A DNA stretch of 64,000 bases from Curvularia clavata (Eukaryota): the NCBI GenBank assembly GCA_023920165.1, contig CP089279.1, forward strand, positions 2,852,001 through 2,916,000, in the 5' to 3' direction. The position numbers and the translations under genes are program-made. Below are positions 49,297 to 62,900 of this stretch, piece after piece (within the stretch, counting starts at the first letter, position 1; every line of letters begins with the position of its first letter). The notes beneath the pieces are model-generated. The model did no database searches and was not told where the DNA came from. It saw nothing but the letters and a program-made list of their open reading frames with translations.

Positions 49297-51121
49297 TCAA
49301 TGCGCAAATCTGAAATCCAAACGCTTATTGCCCCTATCCTTCGTAGTTGCCAAGTACGTCTCCTTGTCCTCTAATGACATCGAGCTCCATACTGCCTCCC
49401 TCTTCTTGTTTACAATCATGTAGAAAATTTTCGCCCCAATAAACAGCGCGAAATTGTAGGCGCAAATTGCAATTAATACTTTGTTGCCTCTGCGGTACAA
49501 CGGCTTGTCGTCTTCGCGATAGATGTTCTGCGCGATAATGCTACTAGCTTGCACTGTCATATTATAGATCGCAGAGGCCACTGTGCGTGTCCGTACTGTG
49601 CCAGCGTTGCGCGAAGTAATCGCGACAAGAATGGCATGCACATATGGATGGCCAACGATTAGAATCGCTAAAGCCCAGCGTGCCCAAGGGGAACTGTTTG
49701 GAGAAATGCATTCCAGTGCGACGAGTAATGGTAGAGCCCATATCTGCGAGACAAGACCGACAGTGAAGCGGTCGTTGACCTTCTCAGATACCCAAGTCCA
49801 GAAGAGGAGTTGGATAATGAACAGCACGTAAGCTGGGATCTACAATGCGTCAGTATAAGAGTAAGCTGTCCCAGTCAAATATCCATACCGTGAGCAAGTT
49901 CGTCTCGAAGGTGTCAAACCCAAGGGATCGCAGCTGAAGGGTTAGATATGATGTAACTGGATTGAAGGGAATGGTCCAAGAGAGACCAATCAAGTAAATC
50001 GGCCACATGTGATAATCGCTAATACACTGCCATAGCATGGCCAGTGAGAGTCCTTGTCGGTTGTGCATATCTCCCTTCGAAGGGTCATCACGAAGGATTC
50101 GGTTGACCATAATCTTTTCTTCCCTCTCATTAAACCATCCTTTCTCGCCTCTAAATGGGTTGATTTTGCTTGTAGTCGCGGACTGTGTTGGGGATGGCGG
50201 CAAGTAGAACCAAGCAGCGATGCCAATGAGACCAGTGAGCATGCCTTCGAGAGCAAATAACCATCTCCACCCTTCCATACCGTTGTAACCCCTAAGACGT
50301 AGGATGCCGAAGGCGAGGAATGCGGAGATTATCTGTGTGGACTGATACGAAACCCAGAACCAGCTGAGACGGGCGGGCAGCTCAAAGCCCGTGTAAAAGT
50401 AACTCAAGTAGAGGATGTTGTCCGGAATGAAACCGCCTTCGATCAGTCCAAGCAGGGCACGACAGGCGTAAAAGGAACTCTTGCCGCTCAAGAAGGCTTG
50501 CATGCTAGCGACCAGACTCCAGGATATCATCTGAATTGGAATCCAGTTGTCAGGCCCAATCTTCTTGCTTATGAGTTGAGACGGTAGCTCGGCGCAAAGA
50601 AAACAAAGATAAAAGATCGTCTGGCCGTAGTTGTACCTAAAATGATAGCTTAGCGCAAAAGAAGTATATGTGAGGTAGCTTTGCTCACTCATTGGTGTTC
50701 AGGCCGAGATCACTGAGTAGGTTGTCTGAAAGCGCCTGGCTGATGTTGCCTCTGTCTAGTTGAAGCGCGAAGAACATGAGGCACACGAAAGTACAGATCC
50801 TCTTGTCAATCTGGGGGCCCTTTAGAGATACTCCGAGGATAACGAAGACAATTTCCATACCTTTCTGACAACCTTTCTCTCTTCCTCAGGCTCCCATTCG
50901 AAGAAAGGATCATATCGATGAATACCTTCATAGGTATCGACAGGGCGGTAGTGGCTGTTCTTCAGACCAGTAGCAGCCCAAGTTGATCCTTTCTTGCCAA
51001 TACCCACATGCTCAAGACTCGTCGAGCTTGAGTTGGCACTTGAAGGAACATCTGTTTCTAGCTTCCCGGCAACTGGAAGGCCTGTAGTGTTGTTGAGCGC
51101 AGTATTAACGTTACTGGCCAT
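49297..51121 (-). CDS. MFS anion:cation symporter, Dal5/allantoate permease family (probable organosulfur transporter; 3 introns)
   Basis: EERKVVRKIDKRI, LQLDRGNISQA, AELPSQLISKKIGP, LLGLIEGGFIPD, EGWRWLFALEG, NRILRDDPSKGDMHNRQ, GNKRLDFRFAH. Confidence 0.93.
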
Positions 51122-52186
51122 GGTTTGTCGATGTTCAAGGCTTCTTAGAGAGTCCTGGGAGTTTCTGGGCGAGGAGTCCACGAATGTATAAATGAGATGT
51201 GAACGCCCCCATTTCAACAATACGATAGAAAATTCCTTCGTTCTAGGGAAGGTACGTAATTGATATGATAATCAAAAAGCAGCCCATATATCTCTAGTGA
51301 TGCGAACCTGACATACACGGTCCGTAGATAGGCGCGATCCCAGGTTGCGCGCTGTTAGCAGCATAGGGAATAACTGGGACGAGCTTGTCCCGCTAACTCC
51401 TTTGCTGCCATCAACTCTGAGTGCTAACCTTCAGCAATGACTGACATTGGACGATCTTGACCAATAAGAGGCCCGATGATTCGGTTCTCGATACGAGCCA
51501 CACGTGGCAGCGGAGCTTCGGATGATGTGATTCGTACTCGATAAGGTACCGGTGTCGTCGAACATGGGTGGTTGTAATGCTTTCAAGGAAGCACGCAACG
51601 TTTGGGCGCGATGTCGCGCTGCGCTGCCAAGACCACGTTGTGATTGATTCGTCGCGTGCTGATTTGATTGATGCATAACGTGATTTACAGGGCATGTAGC
51701 GACATCAACCACGAACATTGGACCCGCTATGGTATAATTCCTTCGGCACGGGAGTTACTCTAGCGCCAAATATGTCGGATCTTGCAGACGGGAGCGTGTG
51801 CAAGTCGCGCAATGCCGTGCAAACCATGCTGTTTCGGATTGACAATGCTGCGATAAGAAAGTATGGAGTGATTTCTCGCAGATTGATGCCATCAATAGCC
51901 AGTCTGATCAAATCGGCAATACCACACGGCTCGGTGTTTTGCGGTTTTCATTGAGGGGTTGCTTTCACTGCCGTCCCAAGATGGCTAAGTACATTGCCAC
52001 CATAAAAGCAATGCGGGTCGTGCGATATGATGGTATTCCCGCTGCCGTGTCTGCGATACGCGAATAACGCTGATTTATAAGCTAAGACTACGCCTTTGTT
52101 GTATAAGAGGTCTCTTGGTTCACTTGGCAAATGTTTTCTGATTTCAACTCGGAATACAATATCCAAAGTCCATATATCATTTCGCA

Positions 52187-53455
52187 ATGGCCCCCGCAAT
52201 CGATGATACAGTCGTCCGCGAGCAATTCACAGAGGACTTTAAGTCGCAAGCCGGCCAGTACAAGGAAGCAGCTTTTGGCGGACCTAAGCTGTACAAAAAG
52301 GAACTTGAGCTTTGCGGAACTGGCGGGCATGCACCAGCGAGATACCCCAACTACCTCCCGGTGTGGAATTTTGAAGAGAAGTACCCTCCTCTCGAGCCTT
52401 TCGAGCATTATGAGCATGGGAAAGACGCAGATGCATCATTTTCGAACCTCCTGAATGGCGCAAAGGTGGCGGACTTGACTGCAAACATCGGTGCTGAAGT
52501 CCGAGGAGTGCAGCTCAGCCAGCTGACTGATGCCGGCAAGGACGAGCTTGCTCTTTTCGTCGCCCAGAAGAAGGTAGTAGCGTTCCGTGATCAAGACTTT
52601 GCAGACCTCCCCATCCAGGCTGCTCTAAAGATTGGTGGTTACTTCGGTCGTCATCACATCCACCCAACCTCAGGAGCGCCAGAGGGCTTCCCAGAAATTC
52701 ATCTCGTCCACCGTGGAGCTGATGACACAACGGCTCGCGACTTCTTTGAAGAGCGAACAAACTCGATTACATGGCACTCTGATGTCACTTATGAGAAGCA
52801 ACCTCCTGGCACAACATTTCTATACCTACTAGACGGTCCGGCAGCTGGAGGTGACACATTGTTTGCTAATCAGGCAGCGGCATACCGAAGACTCTCGCCT
52901 GAGTTCAGGAAGCGCCTGCATGGTCTGAGGGTTGTGCACTCAGGTAGGTCATGGAATTCAAGATCACGTAGAACGCTTGCTGATCACACTTGCAGCCGTC
53001 GAGCAAGCTGACAACAGCCGAAACCGGGGAGGGGTTGTTCGTCGTGAGCCAGTGTAAGACTTCAGACCTAAACTTGCTTGGCAAAACAGGCGCTAACAAT
53101 CACCAGTTCAAGCATCCATCCCTTGGTCCGCACCCATCCCGCGACCGGCGAGAAGGCGCTATTTGTGAATCCTCAGTTTAGCCGTCGTATTGTTGGCTTT
53201 AAGAAAGAGGAGAGCGACTTCCTGTTGAACTTCCTCTATGATCATATTGCTAAGGGCCAGGACTTCCAAGCGCGCGTCAAGTGGGAGGCAGGCACAGTTG
53301 TTGTTTGGGACAATAGAGTGACTGCGCACTCCGCATTATTGGACTGGGAGGATGGTGCGCGCAGACATTTGGCGAGGATCACACCGCAGGCCGAGGCGCC
53401 ATTCGAAACACCGTTCGAGGAACAGAACGGCGGCGCGGTTGGCTTCGAGTACTAG
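52187..53455 (+). CDS. Fe(II)/alpha-ketoglutarate-dependent sulfonate dioxygenase, TauD/Jlp1 family (2 introns)
   Basis: IGAEVRGVQL, WHSDVTYE (HxD), GGDTLF, HPLVRTHPATGEKALFVN, WDNRVTAH, RHLARIT. Confidence 0.95.
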
Positions 53456-54249
53456 GCATCATCACTGGTTACATATTAAAGCTTCAGCAGCAATGACATG
53501 TAGTCTTTGTGGTGATCTGCGAATAAAAAGATGATGATATTGAAGATGACATGGGCGTTTGAAGAAGCAGGTGCAGATACTGAGATAAAGTAGACTAGTA
53601 AACTAGTAAACCTCATTTATTCGGGCTGTTTCAAAGACCTGTTGAAACCGATTCCTAAAGAATGGTCAGCTGGTTTCATTGCCTTGACGCAAGATATTCA
53701 TGCAACATGGTGGATCATCGATACTGAAAAAGGTTTAGCAATATAAAAAATACACGTATACCACCCGAGAAGTGGTATTGATGCCAGGCATTCTACGTAT
53801 CGGGAGTACACGTTACAAAGAGCCACCAAAAGATTGAGCCTTGGCTTTTGGTGTCTGTTCCACACGATTTTCAACTACATTTTGACGAAATCTATAACAT
53901 GATGGAAGGATTGCCAACGGTTCCTTGTCCGAAGGGGAAGAACTCATGGAACAGAATAACTCAGCCGTACACCTGGGAGATTGGAAGTGTATGTATTGTC
54001 TCATGAAGATTTGACAACACTCTACCAATGTCTGCGAATTAGGTTGTGAGTCAAACATTGCGGAAGCATGGATGACCCAGTCATTTGGATCAGAATGGTT
54101 ATCTTGAGGAGTTCGAGTGGGTACGCTCGCAGGGCTGAACTTGGATCAGGAGGTATATCATACGACTATTTACTTACTAATTACTCTATTCAATCTTGTA
54201 GTATGACAATCTCTGGCCAAAGTTGTAACATAAATGTCGACTAGTTATA

Positions 54250-55683
54250 TTACACAGCCTCAAGTGGCAGAGTCGGCACACGTGGACTAAGTTCAATAGG
54301 TACAGAATGCTCGACATGATGCGTACCCTTTTTGGTATTATCCACTTCCTTCCATCCACTGTTTTCCGTGATTGCTTTAATTGATTCTGAGTCCATCTGA
54401 TGCCACCGAGATTGCCGTTTCGATTGTAATGGCCAGCTTAATTGTTTTGAGTGCTGCCCCTCGTGCTGCTGATTTGTGGTTGGATTGGCACGTGATATGC
54501 TAATACTTTCAATGATACTGCCGCTCATACGCTTGATGAGCGGCATGATATACGGAAAGGAGGCTATATATAAATCAGTATTCTGTTGAATGATGCTTCA
54601 GAAATGTCTAATAGACATACCACAAATTATGCCAGCGTTACACTCAATAGCTCCCCACACTGGTACCATAGAAGCTTGGTAGGTGAAATCCCCGACTCCT
54701 CGGAAGAAAATCATGTTACGTAATCGAACGATGGAACATGCTATAGCAAGGGATCCTACAAAGTAGGTAAAGAGTAACGAAACTACTCTTCTGTTAGTAA
54801 ACGTGTAGCAGTTTGAATCTAGAATTGCTAACTTTTCTTCTTGCGCTTCATTTTCAAATCAAGTAGAGTCGGTAGAGGTAGGAAGAAGATAACAAAGTCG
54901 AAAATTGTGTTGATTGTTGATGTGAAGAAGTTCACGGCCATCATATTCCAGCAGCCCTAAGTCATGTCAGCGTGCATTAGCGTCTCAGCGGCCTTACTCA
55001 CACGTGGAAAGGTGTCAAGATTCCAAGCAGCGCTCATTGGTATACACTGAAAGACTGCAGCCTAAAAGGTTTCAGTAATTGGCTATTCTTGACTAAATGC
55101 AGATTTGTTACTCACGAAGGTTGTGAATATTGTGAATATACAGACTGAACAGCCAGTCCAAAACACGACTTTTTTTTGCATTCCGGGTGCGGCAAGTAGA
55201 CTTAATTGGGCGAGCATACTGGCTTTAATCAAACTATATACACTAATTAGAAAAGAGATATCTCGAGCAACTGACATGTTTGCATGGACTCACCCGACAA
55301 GTGCCTGATAGACGGAGTTTTGTGCTAACCCAAACTTCATGCTCGCTTGAAACATCTTTGGCCTCGCACGCGAGTACTCAATATGTTTACCCATACCAGT
55401 CACGATTTGAAAATGGATTAACACACATGATGCAATATCCATCAAAGATGACACAACGATGAGCCATTCTGCTAAGTTCAAGCGTCCAGTCTTCAAGAGA
55501 TACAAGCGGCTAAAAAGTCTAGATTCAAGTTAGACAGAAATTTAATTGGGACAAACAGCGGGTTATTTCGTACCGAAGAATGACTATCAACAGCGCAAAT
55601 CCGAGACAGGAAAACGTAATAGAGTACAGCATAGGGCTGACATCTTCCTCCATGTATCCGGGATCACTAGGCTTGAGAGCCAT
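54250..55683 (-). CDS. PTH11-like (fungal rhodopsin-domain) integral membrane protein without CFEM (multi-exon)
   Basis: Spliced reading: ILRLFSR..AEWLIV, GMGKHI, LIKASML, FQCIPMSAAWN, NTIFDFVIFFLPLP, CSIVRL, WGAIECNAGIICASFP. Confidence 0.85.
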
Positions 55684-57599
55684 TGCCTCAAGGTTGCACC
55701 AACGTTATAGAATTCACGCGATGACTGCTTCGTGTCTGAGGCGACGATTGAGTATTCTTGCGATCGACATCAGCGTGAAAACATACCCTTATGTCTTTAA
55801 GACATTACTGTTAGCTCATGTCGCGTCGCTCCTCTGAGTATAAAGGGAACAAGCCTTGACTCATGTGTTCTACGTACAAGCGAGCGATTTCCTAGCAAAG
55901 TATATTTCTCGCGTACCCCGCATTATGCATATCTTAGGGCCGGGGTACGGCACATCGCCGAACCAATGGACCCGCTACATTTACGCCCCGGCTTGCAAAT
56001 CAAACCCCCTTTTGTTGCACTAGTCTTTGCGAAACTTGCGGGGAGGGATATTAGAGTTTGAGGATATGCCGAGGAGCAATTAGTTGATCAAGCAAGCCCA
56101 AGGTAGCTAGATCAATGTGCGAACTGAATCAGTCAGGCTTCTTCTGCTAAGCTACAGGTGCCTGGCAAAAGTTCGGTCTGATACTCATTTCCGCCTTTCG
56201 GTCCTACTTTCTTTCTAGCATAGCATCTCTTCTTTGTTGCACCTCTTCGAACAGCCAGGTCACGTAGAAGCACAAAGGCTTTCACCAAGGCTGCCGAGGC
56301 CTACGGGATTCCGCGATCCGTAATCGAGATGACCCAGCTTATATCGATGCTTACAGTTGCACTCTAATTGTGGCATTAATGTCACGCTCTATTGACAAGA
56401 CTACTTCATGTATAGTAGACCTGAGTAGAGTGAATACTCATACAGTATGTTTCTACAAGAGAGCTAATTTGCAGTGAGGAATTATTCAATCCATCTGCAA
56501 ATTTCCAAAATTTGGTGGCGCGCCCGTACGGACGTATGTATGAAGAGTGCTTACTCGCGCAGGGGTAGTTTTCTACGGTTACCCCTGCATTGCTTTAATA
56601 CGTATGTAGTAAGCGTGAACCATCACAGCCGTGCGCGCCAGAAGCCAGCAGGATGCAGAACTCGATGAGGTGCAGAAACCGATAAGATACGAAAACCGGA
56701 AACCGATTGCGGCCATGGCTGTGCTCTCAGCTCAATCTGCTTGTAATCATCTCTTGACTCATTTTCCATTTTCTCTGGATGACAATAGCACATGTAGGCC
56801 TCCAGGATGAATCATGCAAACAAACACATTCCTTCGTGGCATGGTGTTGATCACCCAGTCGTAAAGAAACTCGCAAACTCTATCTGTCACCCAGAGAGCC
56901 CAAGTTTAGACAAAAAAAAACGACCCTTTATGCTAACGATATCAAAAAAGACTTTCCAATCGCTTCTGGCTGGGGCAAGGATTTTCGTCCCTCAAATTAA
57001 GAAGAGTAGCTAGCAACCCCAAGAAGTATACATCCGGCAAAGAAAACGGTCCCTCGCCATGCAAAACTGAGATTATAAAACTCCTTCGACTCGTGGATGG
57101 TTGCAAGACAATTATTCGTGGAGAGCACTGCGCCCTTTGTCAGACGCTCGCATCAGTTCATCGTCGCGCGCACCCTGGCATCGAGCAATACTTCCTACTC
57201 CCCGCACGTGGTGACTACGACTTTAGCATTAAATTAAAAAAGCTTGGGCTGGATCCAGGCCTCAAATGATGTCCTTGTTGGTCTATGACGAGTCCACCTT
57301 CGCTACCAGTATTCATGTGCTATTCCGCACCTGCAAGCCAGATGCCATCATGTAGCCTGGAAATTGGTCCAACCCGCACCTTCGCCGCGAAAGAGAATGT
57401 GGGTTCTTTCGCTTAGATCTGCAAGACAGTATTGGTGGCAGACTCTGCTGCAACCATGCCACAGCTAGTTGCGGCGCTGCTATCTATTGAGACAACATCA
57501 AGTTCTCGCCTCGTTTACGTAACAAGGACTAGGTGAGATACGCGCATGAGCGCTGTGTACGTGAGAGTCACCACTGTTCTGAGGGCGAGGAGTGCAGCC

Positions 57600-58200
57600 A
57601 TATACTCGAGAGAAACCAAAGACTACAGGACCCTATTCCTTCCTACTGCAAATCTGTGAAAATGAGCGAATTGTTGGATATTATCCTCGCTGGCGAACAT
57701 TAACTCGCGCTGAGCTACGTCTGGGACACGTCAGAGTGAACCGTAGGAAGGTTCTCGTTAGCAGCAAACTCATACTGGAACATTGAAACAAACAATTCAA
57801 GATGCGATGGAGTCTTGGATAAGCTTGAATGAACGATATCTATGTTTTGGTTTGGTGCGTATCGATCAAGATGAACCAAAAGATGTTCAGAGCCGGGTTG
57901 CTAGAATAGGTCTTATCTATCATCATACCCGTGTCACTCTCGTTGTGGCCACCGCTATAGACGCTAAAACCTCACTGCCTGGGGTTCAAAATCCCTTTCC
58001 GATCCAAGAGCATGTTTTGCATATCGACAGTTAGCGCGTTTTTTGCAGTATGCAGACGAACTACTATGTAACCATTGTACCCTCAAATTGGGTTCAGCGA
58101 GGCTGGAATTTCTAAGAAGCCTTCTTGTCATGCTGATGTTTGTACTATTCTCGAATTCAAGATAGTCCTCCGGTGTAGACAAGCCATAGGCTTCGAGTTA
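57600..58200 (+). pseudogene. Degraded HET (heterokaryon incompatibility) domain gene
   Basis: LALSYVW (~57704-57724), KQTIQDAM..LNERYL..IDQDE..IGLIY..VTLVVA..LPGV, and WVQRGWNF*EAFLSC*CL (RGWxxQE motif) with stops at 58113 and 58134; ends approximate. Confidence 0.8.
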
Positions 58201-59926
58201 CTCATTCCCACCGGTCCATTCAGTATTGGCGCTCATCCCGAGATAAACTCAGTCTGGTTGTCTGATGATCTCACGCTAGCATTGAACTTTTTTCAACTAC
58301 AAGGAGCGGGTGGATGAATATCTCAGAACAAATGTGACATTTAGTTCAGATAGCATGTCTTGATTTGAACGCGTGGTTGCATGGCTGCATGGCTGCATGA
58401 TCGCTATGGTGTAGTATTCATCTAAGCTTTACTGTTCATGGGCCGTTGACAAGTGTCATGTGAACTTCTAGAAAGGCATTGTGCAATCCGTTTTCCGAAA
58501 TATTTTCCCATAGTGGATTAGAATGGAACAGCAGGGCGGGGTAGGCTATGAGCGAACTACGATTGTTTACATAGGAGAAACATCCATGAGTGGCCCTGAG
58601 CGATCCGAGACGCTAAAACTGCCTCATCAAACTACCACAGAGTCGGACCGCACAGACTCAGTGGTCCAGAAATTTCAGATGAAAACAGAAGCGGGGCGGT
58701 TTGATCGCCATGTTATAAATGAGAATGGCAAGGCTGTGTGTATCCTCAAGGTGTGCGCCTCGAGTGCTTCAAGATTGTGCCCTATCAGTTCTCGTTACAC
58801 AACGTAATTTACTAAGGTTTTTAACTGGATCATTGAATGGATAGCGAAGTCTCATATATCACTTTGCTCTGCTCATGCACGTTACAGATCCTGACCCCGA
58901 TCTAGCTCTGTTTAGCAATGGGACTACTAATGAAACTGATACGATAGGTACGCAAACAGGATCCAAAGAGTGGGAATATACTGTCGATTTACTTGTTCAT
59001 AGCGACCTGATGAATTGTTTGAGCGTGTTAATGTGCTTACGTGCAAAGGTGAGGACTGGTTCTGTGATATTTAGATCTACGAAGACGAACCTATTGTTCT
59101 TATTTGAAAGTGTATAATTACAGTAAAGCAACATTGTATTAAAACTCCATCTATGATATCAAATACCTATACTAAATCTACAGAAGGTAACATACGGATT
59201 TTGACCTTGATCCTAACTGTCTTGGTACATTCGTGTAATAACTAGACACTGTAGCTCTACTAGTGTGTATGAGCTTTTATTAGGACAGTCTTAAAAGATG
59301 GTAGCAAAAGTGACGTTGATTTCATGTCTGTTGTGCAGCGTTTTTGCCGGACACCTCAATAATGACTCCATTGTCGAGGTGTCCCCTGAAACTTGTTATT
59401 CTTCTGATTCCTTTCAAGTGCAGGGATCGAGTGTGCTAAATACAATCATCATTTGCTTCTATACGACACTACCTTTCTCCCCTTCAAGTCAAGAATTTTT
59501 GGTGCAACCATCGCATCTCACGATTCGTTGGTCGATGCTTGTCTTTCTTACGTGGAGCGCCTTCCATTTTAGGCTCTAGCGCTGACATTGAGTTGGATCT
59601 ATATATTGCGACGGCGATGAATTATACATTAACATACAACAACAAATACTGCATTCTGACCGGATAGTTGCACCTAATGTGGAGCCATTGTAACAGCTTC
59701 TGTTGGGCTTATAGCAGCTGACAGAGACTGTACCTCCCCCAGGGACCTTTGGGGGCGTAACAAGGCTGTACATGCTGACTGCAACCGTTACGGCGCTAGT
59801 AATCAATAATATGCCCAGTCCTCTAACACTAGGACTGCCCGCCTGAAATTGCTCAGCCTCTTGTTTTGTTTATTTCAGCATTCACCCACCCCTCTTAGGT
59901 TCTAGTCAGACCGTATTAAGAGTTGC

Positions 59927-62900
59927 ATGCGAGCGATTCATCGCGTGAAAAGCATGTCGCGACCAAACACGAATCCGTCACCAGAGTCGCGAGGGCGTCA
60001 TTCATGGATATCGCTTACTGACATCGAAGAATCTAACGGGAATATGCGATATGAGCAAAGCGGAGCAAGCAACACTATTAGCAACCCTTCTAGGCCAGAT
60101 TTACGGATTCTAGAGCAGTACGAGCACTCAGAATCACGTATGGATCCATCTCCGCATAGGGCGTACGAGCACGAAACACTCTTAACTTCCAGTTATGATC
60201 ATGTATTTAACTCAACACTTGCTTCACCGATTGCAGCCGGTGAACTCTACTCGCTGGATGAGCAGCGGGCAAGAATATGGAATAACAACCAGGAGTGTAA
60301 GCCTAATGCGAGATAATTCTATCTGCGGCTAGGAACCATCTAACGACTTAATAGCAGAGTTCCAAGACACAAATCTGCGGATGCCCACGAATTGGCTGCC
60401 CTACACGCTGCGGCTTCCATATCTGATCGCCCTAGGCGTAACAGCGCTTGTACTTTCTATTGTTCTAGCAATACTTTGCTGGCAGTCTTATAAAAACCAT
60501 GGACTCGGAGATGAAATGAGGTCTACGGGCCTGTTCTTCTCGTGGAGATACACCCCCACTATTGTTGCAGTCTTCTTCACGCAAGCTATTGTCCAGATAG
60601 CTGAGGATGTAAAAAGAACGGAGGCTTATGCACGCATGGCCAGCAGCGAAACCTTCGAAGGAAAGTTTACTCTATTCTACTCGCCAAAGGTGTGGTGGAA
60701 AACCATGTTCATAGGTTTCTCTCGAAAGTGGAGTGGCGGCCACAGAGGATGGATCTTGGCCTTGTCTTCGCTTGCAGCTGGTGTCAGCATACTCGGCATT
60801 TCGACTTTCTCATCGTCTCTCTTAATCGCGAAGGAAGTTATGACGAAGGAAAACGTACAGCTCCAACGTTACACAGCTGGTCAAACAATCGGCAAGGGTT
60901 TGTCACCTATTGAACTCTCACCTCGGAGAGATACCTACTCCCGTACCATCAGTGGATATCTGTTTAATGTCTCTACCTCCATGTGGCTGCCTGGATCATA
61001 TGCCATCGTACCTTTTGGCACATCAGAGAGCGGAAACGACCGTGAATCACTCGGAAATGGCATCTGGCAAGCAGAGACTGAGGTGTTTCATCTCGACTAT
61101 CAATGCGCACCAATGGTTCTATCCGAGAAGACTACACCAAGCATTAGTTACAGATACACAAACACTTCAGCCACCACATGCCAGAACGATATTTGTACCG
61201 CCAAGTCCAAAGGATTGAATTTTCGATCGCAGGATGGCTGTGAGATTCAAATCCAAGGTCCGATCGATATATGGAAGGGGGCATATGAAACAACATCTTT
61301 GGGTTTCTTAGTCGATGATTTTTCGGCGAAAGGTGGCGTACTCTGGACAAACATGTCCTCCAACTACGTTTCATGGCAAACCCTTATTGATGAGTATGGA
61401 AAGACGCCAGACATTCGCGCTAGTGGGGACAAAGTCCTCGAGCAATGGTCTCGCACGTTTATACATAGCTTCTCCGAGCAATGTGTGGGGCGGGACCTGT
61501 TTGTTGTATCGCCACCATGGGTCCCTCAAGGTCATCCTTCTAAGATCCCAGAAGATGTATGGGAACAAAGCTCATGGGAAAATCTCACGATGAGATCCTA
61601 TGTATGCGCTCCTCAGTATAAAGCAGCTAGTCTGCCAGTTACTGCATCGATCAATGAAGCTGGAACATCTATTTTCTTCGATGTTTCTGAGTTTGAGCGC
61701 CGAAGCCAGCCAGTACCGAATGAAGCTATCGATTTTGCCTTGTTGGACGATCTTTCCTTTCGAAACGGCAGTTGGACCAAGTACATAGCCTTACCATCCA
61801 CAGTACCCGGTGATTTTCAGGGCATATCGACACTTCTTGTAGATCATTTCCGTCAGAACACCTCCGACATGCTGGAGAATGTCACACTTGAAGCGGAAGC
61901 TAGCAGACTTCGAACGCGTTTTGCGAGGGAGCTCTTGCTATCTTCTATCACAGAATCGGACACTTCGGAACGAGAGAGTGTGACTGGTAATGCTACACAC
62001 GCGAGGAGAAGAATTCTGGTCGTCACGGAGGTTGGTATAACACTATCTGTGCTCTTTCTGCTCTTGGCATGCTGTATAGCAATATTGGTGATGAATTCAT
62101 CGACCCGAAGGCGACCGCTAGGCCTCAGATCGGACCCTGCCGCGTTAGTTGGGATAGCGTCACTCCTCAAGATGGGTTCGTCTTCTATCGCTGCATTACA
62201 AACATTAGCGAGACATGACCGACCATACATGCAAGAGACGATTGAATCACACGTCTATGTTTTGCGAGAAGGCACTCTTTTGGACAGCACACCGACACAT
62301 GAGCCGATCACAGATGAAAGGGCAGACAAACCCATTGAGAAGTGTGAGCTGTCACCAACCCCTCCAAGATTCAAAACTAGCATTGAGAATGATTGGAGGC
62401 CCTCTATGTTCCATAAGAGGTGGCTGTTATTATTGATGACTTATCTGTTTCTCACCACAGTAGCCCTTTTGATCCTTCGCAAATATGCACGAGAGCAAAA
62501 GCTCTCTCGCACTGCGTTCATCTACCAGGTTGATTTGGGCATTTTCAACACAACTTTCTCGCCTCACTCCGTTATCGCTACACTTATAGCCATTGTTATT
62601 GGTCTGAGCTGGGATGGCATCGACAAGCCTATGCGAACTTTGCAGCCATACCTCTCGATGTCGCAATATCCGGCGGCTCCCAAACGGGGAGCGTCTTTGA
62701 CGTACCAATCTTCGTACTGGCTATGGGCTGCTGCAAAAGCAGCGCTACATAAACATTGGATCTTATGTCTTGTTGCTATCGGTACGACCTTGTCACAGAT
62801 CCGTAAGCAACCTCTTACTCCAGAAACTCCACATAGCTGATTGTGCAGTCATCGTATCTATGGCTGCTGTTTTTGAGAGGCAGGCTGTCGTGCAAACACA

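Noticed and set aside
53780..54140. Protein-like plus-strand fragment with an intron-like segment
   Set aside because: No start, internal stop and no recognisable family; too weak to call
41924..55683. Possible secondary-metabolite cluster (efflux pump, dioxygenase, membrane proteins)
   Set aside because: No PKS, NRPS, terpene synthase or RiPP precursor seen; the dioxygenase fits sulfur scavenging better
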